From Bacilli bacterium (lineage in GTDB: Bacteria; Bacillota_I; Bacilli_A; RF39; UBA660), in contig JAFSEY010000013.1 of NCBI GenBank assembly GCA_017435485.1, positions 600-64,599 of the forward strand: a DNA stretch of 64,000 nucleotides, written 5' to 3'. Below the pieces are notes generated by a model. The model had not been told where the DNA came from. It made no database searches and saw only the letters and a program-made list of their open reading frames with translations. Below are positions 37,294 to 47,348 of the stretch, one piece after another. Every line of letters starts with the position of its first letter. Within the stretch, counting starts at the first letter, position 1. Made by a program: the position numbers and the translations under genes.

Positions 37294-37585
37294 TTGTACT
37301 TCTCGCCACCAATCTATCTATTTGTTGATATTTTCGAATAGTAGTCTTCAAATCTTTATTTAATTGATTTATTGCTACTAAAAAATTATTTAAATAAGTT
37401 GGGAATTCTTTAACAACAGAATTGTTGTAAACTTTAGAAGCGGTACCGGACCATTCTGATTTATCAAATTTTGCAATATCCTTAAAATTAGTTATTTCTT
37501 CTTTTAAGCAATCAATATTTTTTTGAATAATATCAATCTTTGATTCTAATTCTTCATACTTTACTATAACTTTCATAAAAGCCAC
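37283..37585 (-). CDS. WXG100 (ESAT-6-like) family small protein
   Basis: Exactly 100 aa, helix-turn-helix, with central SEWSGTAS (W-x-G). Overlaps the start of the next gene by 11 nt. Confidence 0.5.
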   Translation of the reverse strand: MAFMKVIVKYEELESKIDIIQKNIDCLKEEITNFKDIAKFDKSEWSGTASKVYNNSVVKEFPTYLNNFLVAINQLNKDLKTTIRKYQQIDRLVARSTNGE

Positions 37586-37672
37586 CTCTATAATAATTAT
37601 TTTAACACATTATCTATATATATATCAAAAAAAAATACAAATTTTTTGCTTTTTGTATATTTTTTTGTAAAT

Positions 37673-40216
37673 TTATTTGTCTAGTTGTTTTAATTCATAT
37701 AATAAATTAATAGCTTCTATTGGGGTAATATTTAATGGATCAATACTTTTTAACTTTTCTTTTACTAGATCTTCCTTAGCACTAACTTTTTCTTCTTCAA
37801 AATCTATTGCTAATTGAACTTTTTCGCTTTTCTTATTTTTAGCACTATTTTCATATCCTACTAATATTCCACTTGCTTTATCGATTATTTTATCAGGCAT
37901 TTTAGCTAGTCTTGCCACATGGATACCATAACTTTTATCTACCGCACCATTTTTGATTTTATGTAAGAATGTTATTTTATTTCCTTCTTCTAGAGCTGCC
38001 ACATGAACATTCTTAATATTGGGATATTTTCTTTCTAAAGATGTTATTTCATGATAATGAGTTGAGAATAAAGTTTTACATTTAATATTTTCACTTATAT
38101 ATTCTAAAATAGCTTGAGCAAGACTCATACCATCATATGTAGCCGTTCCTCTTCCCAACTCATCAAACAAGATTAAACTATCTTTAGTCGCGTTACAAAT
38201 AGCATTTCTAGCTTCATTCATCTCAACCATAAAAGTAGATTCTCCACTTACTAAATCATCACTCGCCCCAATTCTTGTAAATATTTTATCAATAATTGGA
38301 ATATTGGCTTTTTTAGCTGGCACAAAACACCCTAATTGCGCCATGATAACGATTATAGCCAGTTGTCTCATATATGTTGATTTACCACTCATATTAGGTC
38401 CCGTAATTAAAAGCGTATTTATATTACTTGGCATTATGCAATCATTGGCAACATATTCTTCTTTACTTACTTTTTCAATTACTGGATGACGTCCATCAAT
38501 AATTTCTAACTTGTTTTCATTATTAAGTAATGGCCTTACTAATCCATATTCTTCAGCATCAACTGCTAAACTAGCCAAACAATCAATTTCACTTAACATT
38601 AATGCTGTTTGTTTTAGTGTTAAAATATCTTTCTTAACAGTTTCTTTTATCTCAATAAATAATTTATATTCTAATTCAATTATTTTTTCTTCTGCATTTA
38701 AAATTAATGCTTCTTTTTCTTTTAATAACGGCGAAATGTATCTTTCACAATTAGCCAAAGTTTGTCTTCTTTCCCAATGATATTCTTCTTTTATTTCGTT
38801 AACTTGACCTTTACTTACTTCAATATAATAGCCAAATACTCTATTGTACCCAACCTTAAGATTTTTAATATTTGTTTGTTCTTTAATTTCTTTTTCAAAA
38901 GAAGCAATAAAGTCTTTTCCTCCACTACGAATAGCTTTTAATTCATCTAACTCATCGCTATAACCATCTTTAATTAAATAGCCTTCTTTAATACCTACCG
39001 GAGGATTTTCATAAATAGCTTTTTCTAATAATTCACATAAATCATCAAAAGTATCAATCTCATAATCAAATTTTAAATCTTTAATAATATTTTTAATTAA
39101 AGGTAATACTTTTAAACTATTTTTAAGTTGTAATAAATCTCTAGCTCCAATATTACCACAAGTTATTTTTCCGCATAGTCTTTCAATATCGTAAACTTCC
39201 GCCAAATTATTTCTTAGTTCTTCTTTTAAAATAAATTCATTATTTAAAACTTCAATTTTATCATATCGTTCATTTATTTTATCTAAACTCTTTAGAGGCT
39301 TTAACATCCAATCTTTTAACATTCTACTACCCATAGCCGTTTTTGTTTTATCTAATAACCATATTAAAGAATAAGTTCTTTCTTTTAAGCGAAGTGTTTC
39401 AACTAGCTCTAGATTCCTAATTGTATGAACATCCATTTGTAAGTAATCTTCTTTATCAATAATATTTACCTTATCTAAATGAGACATATCCTTTAATTCT
39501 TTAACTACTAAATAATAAAGTAAATGTTTAACGCCCATTTTACATCTTACATCATTAACAGATTCAATTAAATAAGTATATTTATCTTCTAATAATTCAC
39601 TAGTAAATGATACCTCTATACCATAATTATTTTTTAGAATATTAATAAGTTCACTATCTAAATTATCTTTTAGAATAACTTCCTTAACCTTTAATGATAA
39701 TAGTTCACTGACTAATTTTTCTTTATCGTGATTTATGGTTAAAGAATTAATAGTTCCTGTTGAAATATCTGCATAAGTTAATATGTATATATAATTAAAA
39801 TCTAATACTCCACATATATAACTATTATCATGTTCTTTTAACATTTCATAATCAGCTATAGTTCCTTTAGAGATAACTTCCACAACGCCTCGTTTAACAA
39901 CACCCTTAGCTTCTTTAGCATCTTCTAACTGCTCACAAATAGCTACTTTGTATCCTTTATTTACTAATTTTTCAATATAAGGTTTTACTGAATGAAATGG
40001 AACTCCACACATTGGTATACGTTCATCTAATCCAGCATTTTTCCCTGTTAAAGTCAGTTCTAATTCTCTAGAGGCAATAATCCCATCTTCAAAAAATAAT
40101 TCATAAAAATCGCCTAAGCGAAAAAATAAAAGTTCTTCTTCATATGAATCTTTTATTTCCATATATTGCCGCATCATCGGACTAATTTTATTAAGATCTA
40201 CTTCATTTCTTTTCAT
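37673..40216 (-). CDS. mutS: DNA mismatch repair protein MutS
   Basis: Mismatch-binding N-terminus (MMRQYMEIK..GDFYELF), Walker A GPNMSGKST, C-terminal HTH region. The likely true start is MKRNEV. Confidence 0.95.
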   Translation of the reverse strand: MKRNEVDLNKISPMMRQYMEIKDSYEEELLFFRLGDFYELFFEDGIIASRELELTLTGKNAGLDERIPMCGVPFHSVKPYIEKLVNKGYKVAICEQLEDAKEAKGVVKRGVVEVISKGTIADYEMLKEHDNSYICGVLDFNYIYILTYADISTGTINSLTINHDKEKLVSELLSLKVKEVILKDNLDSELINILKNNYGIEVSFTSELLEDKYTYLIESVNDVRCKMGVKHLLYYLVVKELKDMSHLDKVNIIDKEDYLQMDVHTIRNLELVETLRLKERTYSLIWLLDKTKTAMGSRMLKDWMLKPLKSLDKINERYDKIEVLNNEFILKEELRNNLAEVYDIERLCGKITCGNIGARDLLQLKNSLKVLPLIKNIIKDLKFDYEIDTFDDLCELLEKAIYENPPVGIKEGYLIKDGYSDELDELKAIRSGGKDFIASFEKEIKEQTNIKNLKVGYNRVFGYYIEVSKGQVNEIKEEYHWERRQTLANCERYISPLLKEKEALILNAEEKIIELEYKLFIEIKETVKKDILTLKQTALMLSEIDCLASLAVDAEEYGLVRPLLNNENKLEIIDGRHPVIEKVSKEEYVANDCIMPSNINTLLITGPNMSGKSTYMRQLAIIVIMAQLGCFVPAKKANIPIIDKIFTRIGASDDLVSGESTFMVEMNEARNAICNATKDSLILFDELGRGTATYDGMSLAQAILEYISENIKCKTLFSTHYHEITSLERKYPNIKNVHVAALEEGNKITFLHKIKNGAVDKSYGIHVARLAKMPDKIIDKASGILVGYENSAKNKKSEKVQLAIDFEEEKVSAKEDLVKEKLKSIDPLNITPIEAINLLYELKQLDK

Positions 40217-40299
40217 ATTTACCACAAAAAATATTATATAAAAAAACAATAAAAAAAGCTAGATTAAACTAGCTTAACTTAAAATGATATTAAATTGTT

Positions 40300-41238
40300 T
40301 TATCTACAAGGATATATTATATCATCTTCTGCAGTTGGAACAGCAAAAGGACGATCATTAACTATTTGAATTTCCGGAGTTCCGTTAATATTTCCTTCAA
40401 CAAAACTTCCACCTGGGTAATCTACAACATTTAATTTAGAATTTATTTTACCATTTACTGTTACTACGTTGCAACTATGTTCAGTATTGTTATGAAGTTC
40501 AACATAATTTGAATCAGAAACATAAATTACAGTATCACCCCAACAATTTTCAAAAGCAATGGTAACACTTTCAGTTTTAGGTACATCAAATTCATCTACC
40601 CTAACCATTTCAAATGATAAATTAAATAAATTAGCTAAATTTTTAAGTTGACGTAATTCATTAGTAAGATTATATGTTTTATCAAGTTCGCCATTTTTCC
40701 CAATACCACCTTTAAATGAAATAGCGCTAACAGATTCAGGAATATTATTAGCATTTACGTTTTGTAATGATAAATAAGTAATCCCCTCAAAATTACTTAA
40801 GTCAACTAATGCTTTTTCTTTACTATTAATTGATAATGAAGCAATAGCAGGAGACTCTATATTTAACTGACTTAATGTTTTAGCATCAATATTTAAATTG
40901 CTGATTGGATAAATTGATTGAAAGATAGTTAAAAATTTATTTAATCCATCGATATTTTTAACATCTTTTACATTAACCTCAAATAAAATTGTACTCTTTC
41001 CTTCAAAAGTTTGAGATCCAGTCCATATTACTTCAACATTGTTACTTTCTTCTTTTAAATATTTAGAAGCCAATACTTCAAATTGTTGAAGTAATTGATT
41101 TCTTAAATCTTCTACTGTAGTAATTGATGTATTCCTAGTAACTTCTTTATCTTCAGTTTTTTTACTTTGACACCCAGCTGCTGTAAGCATAATTGACGTC
41201 GATAATAACATCGCAATTAATTTTTTTAATTTTTCCAT
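40300..41238 (-). CDS. lipoprotein with leucine-rich-repeat-like segments
   Basis: Lipobox LTAAGC after a signal peptide; repetitive L..L.L..N motifs. Confidence 0.55.
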   Translation of the reverse strand: MEKLKKLIAMLLSTSIMLTAAGCQSKKTEDKEVTRNTSITTVEDLRNQLLQQFEVLASKYLKEESNNVEVIWTGSQTFEGKSTILFEVNVKDVKNIDGLNKFLTIFQSIYPISNLNIDAKTLSQLNIESPAIASLSINSKEKALVDLSNFEGITYLSLQNVNANNIPESVSAISFKGGIGKNGELDKTYNLTNELRQLKNLANLFNLSFEMVRVDEFDVPKTESVTIAFENCWGDTVIYVSDSNYVELHNNTEHSCNVVTVNGKINSKLNVVDYPGGSFVEGNINGTPEIQIVNDRPFAVPTAEDDIIYPCR

Positions 41239-41251
41239 AAAAACCTCCATA

Positions 41252-41280
41252 AATCAAAAAAACTTCACAACGGGAAGTTT
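41252..41280 (-). terminator. hairpin (aacttc-acaacgg-gaagtt) plus U7 downstream of the ylbL-like gene
   Basis: Read from the sequence. It ends only ~12 nt upstream of the lipoprotein start, so it may be partial or read-through. Confidence 0.35.
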
Positions 41281-41391
41281 CATATTCTAAATAAATTCAC
41301 TAACCAATCCCCATTGATATAAAAATTATAGCATATTTACACTAAAATGTCAAATTTGGGGAATTGTAATTGTAAATTTAAAGCAAAATTA

Positions 41392-42411
41392 TCATAATTT
41401 TTGCAATTCATTTATAGCATCATTCAATGTATTTGCTTTGATAATTATTAAATCATCATCAGTAGAATTTAAAGTTTTTACAGCTTCTTCATAATTTTCT
41501 TTTGGACAAATAAATACGTCCATATCATCATCGATTGCCCCTAAAACTTTATATTTTACTCCACCAATTTCTCCAACATTTCCTAATGCATCAATAGTTC
41601 CAGTACCAGCTATTTTTTTTCCTTTTGTAATATCTTCTTTCGTAAGTTTATTATAAATAGCTAAAGCAGTCATCAACCCACCACTTGGACCTGATTCGCT
41701 ATTTTTACTTTCGATTTCAATTTCTGGTTTGGTTTTAAAATCAACATCAGTTACAATCGTAACTCCTACTTTTAAACCATCATCAGTTTGATATATTTTA
41801 GCAGTTGTCATAACTTCTTTGTTGTTTCGAAGCACTTTAATGTCTAAAGTATCACCTTCTTGGTACGAATTAACAATTTCTTTCATATTTTCTAATGAAC
41901 TGACCATTTTATCATTAATAGCAACAATTTCATCATACTCTTTTAAAGTAGTCTTCGCTTCATCAGTAATATATGTAACAATATTATGATACTTAGTTAT
42001 TTCTAATTCATGACTAGTTAATTTATACGCAGCTATCGTCGCATTATCTTGAGCTTCTTCCATAGATAATTTATCTTTTTGCAAAGTTTCTTTAACTGTA
42101 TCACCTTCATAAGTAATATTACTTGCTTTATCTAAATCCCAATTTTTAATAATTTTTGATAACAAAATATTAGGAATTGTTCCTTTAACCATTGTTACAT
42201 AACTCATATTAATTTCTCCACCAGAATCATAACCATCCTCGATTATTATTCTTTCATTTAAATTAATAGTTCCTCCTGGAGCATAAATAACATAAGGAAG
42301 TTCTATATAAAATACTAAAAATAAAATAAAAAGCACAATTAATTCTCTATAACACTCTTTAATAAAATTTTTAATATAGTCATATACTTTATTAATCATT
42401 ATCATCACCAT
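41392..42411 (-). CDS. YlbL/SepM-like membrane-anchored PDZ plus Lon-C (S16) serine protease
   Basis: N-terminal TM segment, PDZ segment, C-terminal GPSGGLMTALAIYNKLT (Lon-type catalytic Ser) ...K. Confidence 0.75.
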   Translation of the reverse strand: MVMIMINKVYDYIKNFIKECYRELIVLFILFLVFYIELPYVIYAPGGTINLNERIIIEDGYDSGGEINMSYVTMVKGTIPNILLSKIIKNWDLDKASNITYEGDTVKETLQKDKLSMEEAQDNATIAAYKLTSHELEITKYHNIVTYITDEAKTTLKEYDEIVAINDKMVSSLENMKEIVNSYQEGDTLDIKVLRNNKEVMTTAKIYQTDDGLKVGVTIVTDVDFKTKPEIEIESKNSESGPSGGLMTALAIYNKLTKEDITKGKKIAGTGTIDALGNVGEIGGVKYKVLGAIDDDMDVFICPKENYEEAVKTLNSTDDDLIIIKANTLNDAINELQKL

Positions 42412-42439
42412 TCTAATTATATCAAATATTGGAGTAATT

Positions 42440-43330
42440 ATGAAAAAGAAACAAGATATTTTAATTATTACAATTATTATTTTAATAATAGCCTATATTT
42501 TAATATATAATCAAAAAATTACCTTAATTATTAAAGATTCTACAATACTATGGTTTAATAAAGTATTTCCATCCCTTTTTCCAATGTTTATTTTAAATGA
42601 TTTATTATTAAGCTATCATATTGATTATTATATATGTAAAATATTTAAAAAAAATGGTTTAAAATATTATGTTTTTATAATGAGTTTATTATCTGGTAGT
42701 CCATCTAGCGCCTATATTATAAAAAGATTATATGATGATAAAATAATTGATAAATATAATGCTAATAAGCTATTATCATTTACTTACTTTTCTAGTCCAT
42801 TATTTTTAATTACAATGCTATCATTTTTATTTACTAATAAAACTACAATTATAAAAATAATTTTAATTCATTATTTATCTAATTTTATTATTAGTTTCTT
42901 TTATAAAATTGAAACTAATGATAAATTAAGTTATAAGGTCACAAAGGATTTTGGAAGTAATTTTGCAAACGCAATTAATAAAGCAATAAACACACTATTA
43001 ATGATTTTAGGGATCCTTACTTTTTATATAATCATTTCCTACATTTTTATAGATATATTTAATCTAAATTCTATCACAAGTAGTATGATTAAAGGTATAT
43101 TAGAAGTTACACAAGGATTAACCTTTCTAAATGAATTATTTATTAATGAAAAGTTAAAAATCATCCTAGCAACGCTATATATAAATTTCGGAGGTTTATC
43201 TATTCATAGCCAAATAAAAAGTATCATTTCTGATACTTCTATTAATTATAAATATTTTCTTAAAGGAAGAATATTTCAAACCTTGATTAGTTTAATTTTA
43301 ATATTAAAAATTACTGGAATAATTTTGTAA
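42440..43330 (+). CDS. polytopic membrane protein (family unassigned; possibly YlbJ-like)
   Basis: 296-aa product with about eight TM helices. Adjacent to a ylbL-like gene as ylbJ is in Bacillus, but much shorter than YlbJ. Confidence 0.35.
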   Translation: MKKKQDILIITIIILIIAYILIYNQKITLIIKDSTILWFNKVFPSLFPMFILNDLLLSYHIDYYICKIFKKNGLKYYVFIMSLLSGSPSSAYIIKRLYDDKIIDKYNANKLLSFTYFSSPLFLITMLSFLFTNKTTIIKIILIHYLSNFIISFFYKIETNDKLSYKVTKDFGSNFANAINKAINTLLMILGILTFYIIISYIFIDIFNLNSITSSMIKGILEVTQGLTFLNELFINEKLKIILATLYINFGGLSIHSQIKSIISDTSINYKYFLKGRIFQTLISLILILKITGIIL

Positions 43331-44014
43331 TACGCCATTAACAAAATTGCTTGGTTGACCTCCTGGACAATTTTTTACATCTGCTAGGTGTAAAGAATTA
43401 TTAAGATTGCATAACCGTTCATGATTATTGTTGTTAACAATAAATTTATCAGTTACAAAATAAAAGGGAACATTAATTGAATCTATAATCTTATTAGAAT
43501 CATCAAATAAATATATATTTATTTGACAATGTAAACTAGGTTTATTCCAAGAACAATTTTCGGAAATTTTAACTGATTTAACCTCTTCTCCAAAATTCCA
43601 AACATTTATATTTTTCCATTCTTTTTCTACACCAGTAGCATGTGGCAATTTTTCTCGTACCATTATCATTCTACCTTTATTACTAACCCCTATAGCTTTT
43701 TCATACATAATTCCATCCAGCTTCACATCTAAACGAATATATTGACTACTTTTTTTGTCATCTTCATCCAACCATATATCGTTCCAAAGTCTAATTTCAG
43801 AAATATCTTCTTCTCTTCCAAATTCAAAATCATCCATTAACACATTTTGAATTTTAGTTTCTATATCAACAATCTTCATAATGTTATCAGTGTATGCATC
43901 ATTATCATTTTTTTTGCGTTGTAAATTAGTCATTAAACCATACATAAATACTAATGCTACACTAAGCATAGCAATACTTACTATTAATTCAATTAACGTC
44001 ATTCCTTTTTTATT
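43304..44014 (-). CDS. prepilin-type (type IV pilin-like) protein
   Basis: KKGMTLIELIVSIAML class III signal (G|MTLIE) followed by a hydrophobic helix. The start is probably MNKKG, internal to the track ORF. Confidence 0.55.
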   Translation of the reverse strand, partial: NKKGMTLIELIVSIAMLSVALVFMYGLMTNLQRKKNDNDAYTDNIMKIVDIETKIQNVLMDDFEFGREEDISEIRLWNDIWLDEDDKKSSQYIRLDVKLDGIMYEKAIGVSNKGRMIMVREKLPHATGVEKEWKNINVWNFGEEVKSVKISENCSWNKPSLHCQINIYLFDDSNKIIDSINVPFYFVTDKFIVNNNNHERLCNLNNSLHLADVKNCPGGQPSNFVNGVLQNYSSNF

Positions 44015-44036
44015 CATTAGCAAGCTCCAATCCCTA

Positions 44037-46070
44037 TCATAAACAAATATCCGACTCATGATTTCCATATGCATCATATGTACGATAACCTAATTTATAC
44101 GGATCCTTTTCAGTACCTTTTCCACCACAATAAATTACATTTGTATTTAAATTAATGACTGGTCTAATATAAGCCCCAATTTGATTTTGATAGGTTATTT
44201 CATCTATCTGATTACCATATTTATCATATATGTAAGTTTTTAATCCATCTTTTGGTTTATCATTTAGCTGTACTATCCGCCCATTATTACCATCAGTTTG
44301 CCTTAAAGCAAAGTAATAAGCCCCTGTTCTCTTTTGCGAATCAGTATAATCAGTATAAGATAACGTCATTGTCCAAAACATTTCTTTAGAGTTGGCATGG
44401 TCAAATAAGTAACTTTGCGTTCCAATTTCAGAAGTATTATAATTTACCCCTGCAAAAACAGCTTCATCAACTGACAACAATCCAATCGGATAAGTTAAAT
44501 CACCATTTCCTAAATATTCTAAACTAGAAATATAACTATATACAGGCTGACCAGGCTGATTAAGTTTTGTCAAAGTATAATATTGATAATAATCTCTAGC
44601 ATTACTATTTTGATAAGCATAAGGTATCCTATCATTTTGATATGCGATTAAATTTTTTTCACTAGATTTTGTTGACGGTGAAATCTTATACGTTGTATAA
44701 CTACTTTTTGCCACAGGATTTCCATATAATCGTACAATTCCACCATTAGAACCATCTACTCCAGTTGTAAAACCCGCGTTTAAATATTCGGTATTATTTG
44801 CCACATTATATCTATTTAAATTTAATACTTCATTATTTTCTTTAGTAGCTATATTACCCGAATCAGGACAAATCAAACTAGGAACTTTCTTATCTACGAT
44901 TCTTTCCCAACCAGAATAATAATACCGCTCAGTTTTTTTATATATCTCCCCCCCCTTTTCAAGTAATTTTTCTAAAAAGTTATCTGCTTCTGCTTCATTA
45001 TCCTCAGTACAATTAATACTTTTACCGGCATCATCTGTACATTTAGTTCTATTTTTATCTCCGCAAAAAATTGTCTCGGCACTTAACATGCTTGAATTTA
45101 ATGAAGCTTTCTCATACCATTTGTCTATGTAACTTTTTATTTCACTAGAATCTTGATTATCATATTTACTATCATATCTGTATAATAACGCTTCTTCATT
45201 ACTCATATATCCAATATTATGAAGTAGATGAGCCCCTAAAACATTACCTGCATTTTCACAGCTTTTACCATATTCATCTGATAATAAATTATCTAAATAT
45301 TCCGCTTGGTTTTCTGCAATTTCTAACCCAAAACACGTTGTTGCTTTGCACAAGTTTTTAAGTAATTTTTCTTCACAATTTTCAAGGCAGGCATTAACAG
45401 ATTCCCCAAGAGTTGTAGCTCGCTCATTCACAATATTTAGCACAGCTTGTCTTACATCACATTCAGTGCTGTTATATCTACTATAATTATATTTTGTCAA
45501 ATCATTTGATGCAGTAATATCAATATAATCATTTCCATCTTTAAGCTTTGATTCATTTGAAGCTGCAGAAGAATTATATTCGCCTTGATATATTAATCTA
45601 ACAGTATTGTTACCATTGATTCTAACAATTCTCCATATATAATTTCCAAATTTAACATAATTACTATTTACTTTACCTCTATAATAATAACTATAATTAG
45701 GACTAGTATTTGATGTTCTATACATTCGCGAATAATCATCTAGAGTAACAAAAAATCCACTTTCTTCTGTATCGTCAGTTAATTGTTTTACTGAAAGATT
45801 ATTCTCATCATTTTTTAATTTAACTGTATCAGGATTGCCATTTGCTTTGACATAACCTTTTTTCATGGCTTCAGTTTTCTTTATACACTCAGCCAATGAA
45901 TCACCAGATTCACATACAGCAATCTCATCTTTAGGAACCCAAGTTGGCACTTTATCTTTTAGATATCTTTTATTAGTGTATGAAGCTAACATAGCTAACA
46001 TTATTACTAAAAAAACTATAAAGAACGAATAAATAATTGATATTGATATAAATCCATTTTTCTTTTTCAT
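44037..46070 (-). CDS. large (677-aa) pilin-like/minor-pilin-associated protein with an N-terminal hydrophobic anchor
   Basis: N-terminal KKNGFISISIIYSFFIVFLVIMLAMLA (pilin-like but lacking Glu+5), followed by a long Asn/Tyr/Ser-rich extracellular region. Sits inside the pilin operon. Confidence 0.45.
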   Translation of the reverse strand: MKKKNGFISISIIYSFFIVFLVIMLAMLASYTNKRYLKDKVPTWVPKDEIAVCESGDSLAECIKKTEAMKKGYVKANGNPDTVKLKNDENNLSVKQLTDDTEESGFFVTLDDYSRMYRTSNTSPNYSYYYRGKVNSNYVKFGNYIWRIVRINGNNTVRLIYQGEYNSSAASNESKLKDGNDYIDITASNDLTKYNYSRYNSTECDVRQAVLNIVNERATTLGESVNACLENCEEKLLKNLCKATTCFGLEIAENQAEYLDNLLSDEYGKSCENAGNVLGAHLLHNIGYMSNEEALLYRYDSKYDNQDSSEIKSYIDKWYEKASLNSSMLSAETIFCGDKNRTKCTDDAGKSINCTEDNEAEADNFLEKLLEKGGEIYKKTERYYYSGWERIVDKKVPSLICPDSGNIATKENNEVLNLNRYNVANNTEYLNAGFTTGVDGSNGGIVRLYGNPVAKSSYTTYKISPSTKSSEKNLIAYQNDRIPYAYQNSNARDYYQYYTLTKLNQPGQPVYSYISSLEYLGNGDLTYPIGLLSVDEAVFAGVNYNTSEIGTQSYLFDHANSKEMFWTMTLSYTDYTDSQKRTGAYYFALRQTDGNNGRIVQLNDKPKDGLKTYIYDKYGNQIDEITYQNQIGAYIRPVINLNTNVIYCGGKGTEKDPYKLGYRTYDAYGNHESDICL

Positions 46071-46071
46071 A

Positions 46072-46671
46072 TTAATAACCTCCTTCTAAATTAGGGTAAT
46101 ATATAAAGGCTTGATAATCTTGTTTATTTTCTTCATCATAAAACTCTCCAATAATACGATAAGTCTTATATTTTTGATTATATTCCTTACATGTACCTAA
46201 AGATTTAATATATTGCATAAATTCATTAGTTAATAATGACTCTTCCCAATCTAGAAATAAATTTTCATTATCAACATTTTTACATCTTAGAATTACTAGT
46301 GTTTTAAGATTGTATGTGTTCGCTAAACTCTTAAATTTAGACTTTTTTGGTTCACTATTTATTTTAGCATCATTATAATCTTTTGGTCCAACCGATTCTT
46401 TTTCAATATACGACGCTAAAATCTTAAAATTGTCATTTTCATCATTAAATATTCTATCGGCTGACAAATCAATATTATTATCAATCATCCATTCTTTTAT
46501 ATAAAATAATGAATATCGATAACCTTTTTTTTCATAATCTGTAACTCTTTTTTCGTTACCCAATAAGTTTGTAAAAGTACTATAAAGCATTAATAAAACT
46601 GTTGCTAAAACTGTTAAAGTTACGATCGTTTCTATAAACATAAAACCTTTTTTTTTCTTCATATTACTCAC
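46072..46671 (-). CDS. prepilin-type minor pilin
   Basis: KKKGFMFIETIVTLTVLATVLL class III signal with Glu+5. Confidence 0.6.
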   Translation of the reverse strand: MSNMKKKKGFMFIETIVTLTVLATVLLMLYSTFTNLLGNEKRVTDYEKKGYRYSLFYIKEWMIDNNIDLSADRIFNDENDNFKILASYIEKESVGPKDYNDAKINSEPKKSKFKSLANTYNLKTLVILRCKNVDNENLFLDWEESLLTNEFMQYIKSLGTCKEYNQKYKTYRIIGEFYDEENKQDYQAFIYYPNLEGGY

Positions 46672-47092
46672 ATATTATTCCTTTGTTTTCATTATACTCA
46701 AAAGTTGACATGTATTTTCCTTTATCATATTTTACAACCACAAAATTTATAGGAGAATCATAAACATAATTGTTAGTATTACATGACCAACCACTATCGC
46801 AACTAGTATTATCAACTGGATTTACTAAATCTTCTTCTTCGATATAACCATTATTAATCAACATAGATAAAGTAACCCACCTTGTATTATCTGGATCGTT
46901 ATAAAAACCATTTGTATCTATAACATATTCTACTGCTAAATTTTCAATTTGTTTTTTTAAATTATTACATGCAGTTACCTTTTGTTCTTTACTAATTTTA
47001 GCATAGCTAGTTGCTGCAATAGCTACAGCTATTGATAATACAACTAAAACAGCTAGTAACTCAACCAATGTAAAACCCTTTTTCATAAGCAT
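46664..47092 (-). CDS. type IV (pseudo)pilin, major-pilin-like (ComGC/PilA-like)
   Basis: MKKGFTLVELLAVLVVLSIAVAIA is the canonical G|FTLVE prepilin motif. 142 aa, with C-terminal cysteines. Confidence 0.7.
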   Translation of the reverse strand: MLMKKGFTLVELLAVLVVLSIAVAIAATSYAKISKEQKVTACNNLKKQIENLAVEYVIDTNGFYNDPDNTRWVTLSMLINNGYIEEEDLVNPVDNTSCDSGWSCNTNNYVYDSPINFVVVKYDKGKYMSTFEYNENKGIICE

Positions 47093-47348
47093 CCTACTTT
47101 CTACTATATATAGTATACAATAAATAAAATCAAAAAAAAAGACAAAAAATTAGTCTTTTTATATTTCCATTATTTTATATTCACATAAATTATAATAGGT
47201 GATTTTTATGTGTCATAAACCTTATGGTGGCGGCTTATTTACGATACTAGCTATTTTGGCCTTGTGTATTCTAATTTTTTATCAAGTTATAATAACCTTA
47301 ATTTTACCTATTAGATTTAATTGTTTTATTTTATTAATTGAAGTTTTT

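Noticed and set aside
37046-37363. 105-aa plus-strand ORF antisense to the WXG-fusion gene.
   Set aside because: Antisense artefact.
38304-38780. Two plus-strand ORFs inside mutS.
   Set aside because: Antisense to mutS.
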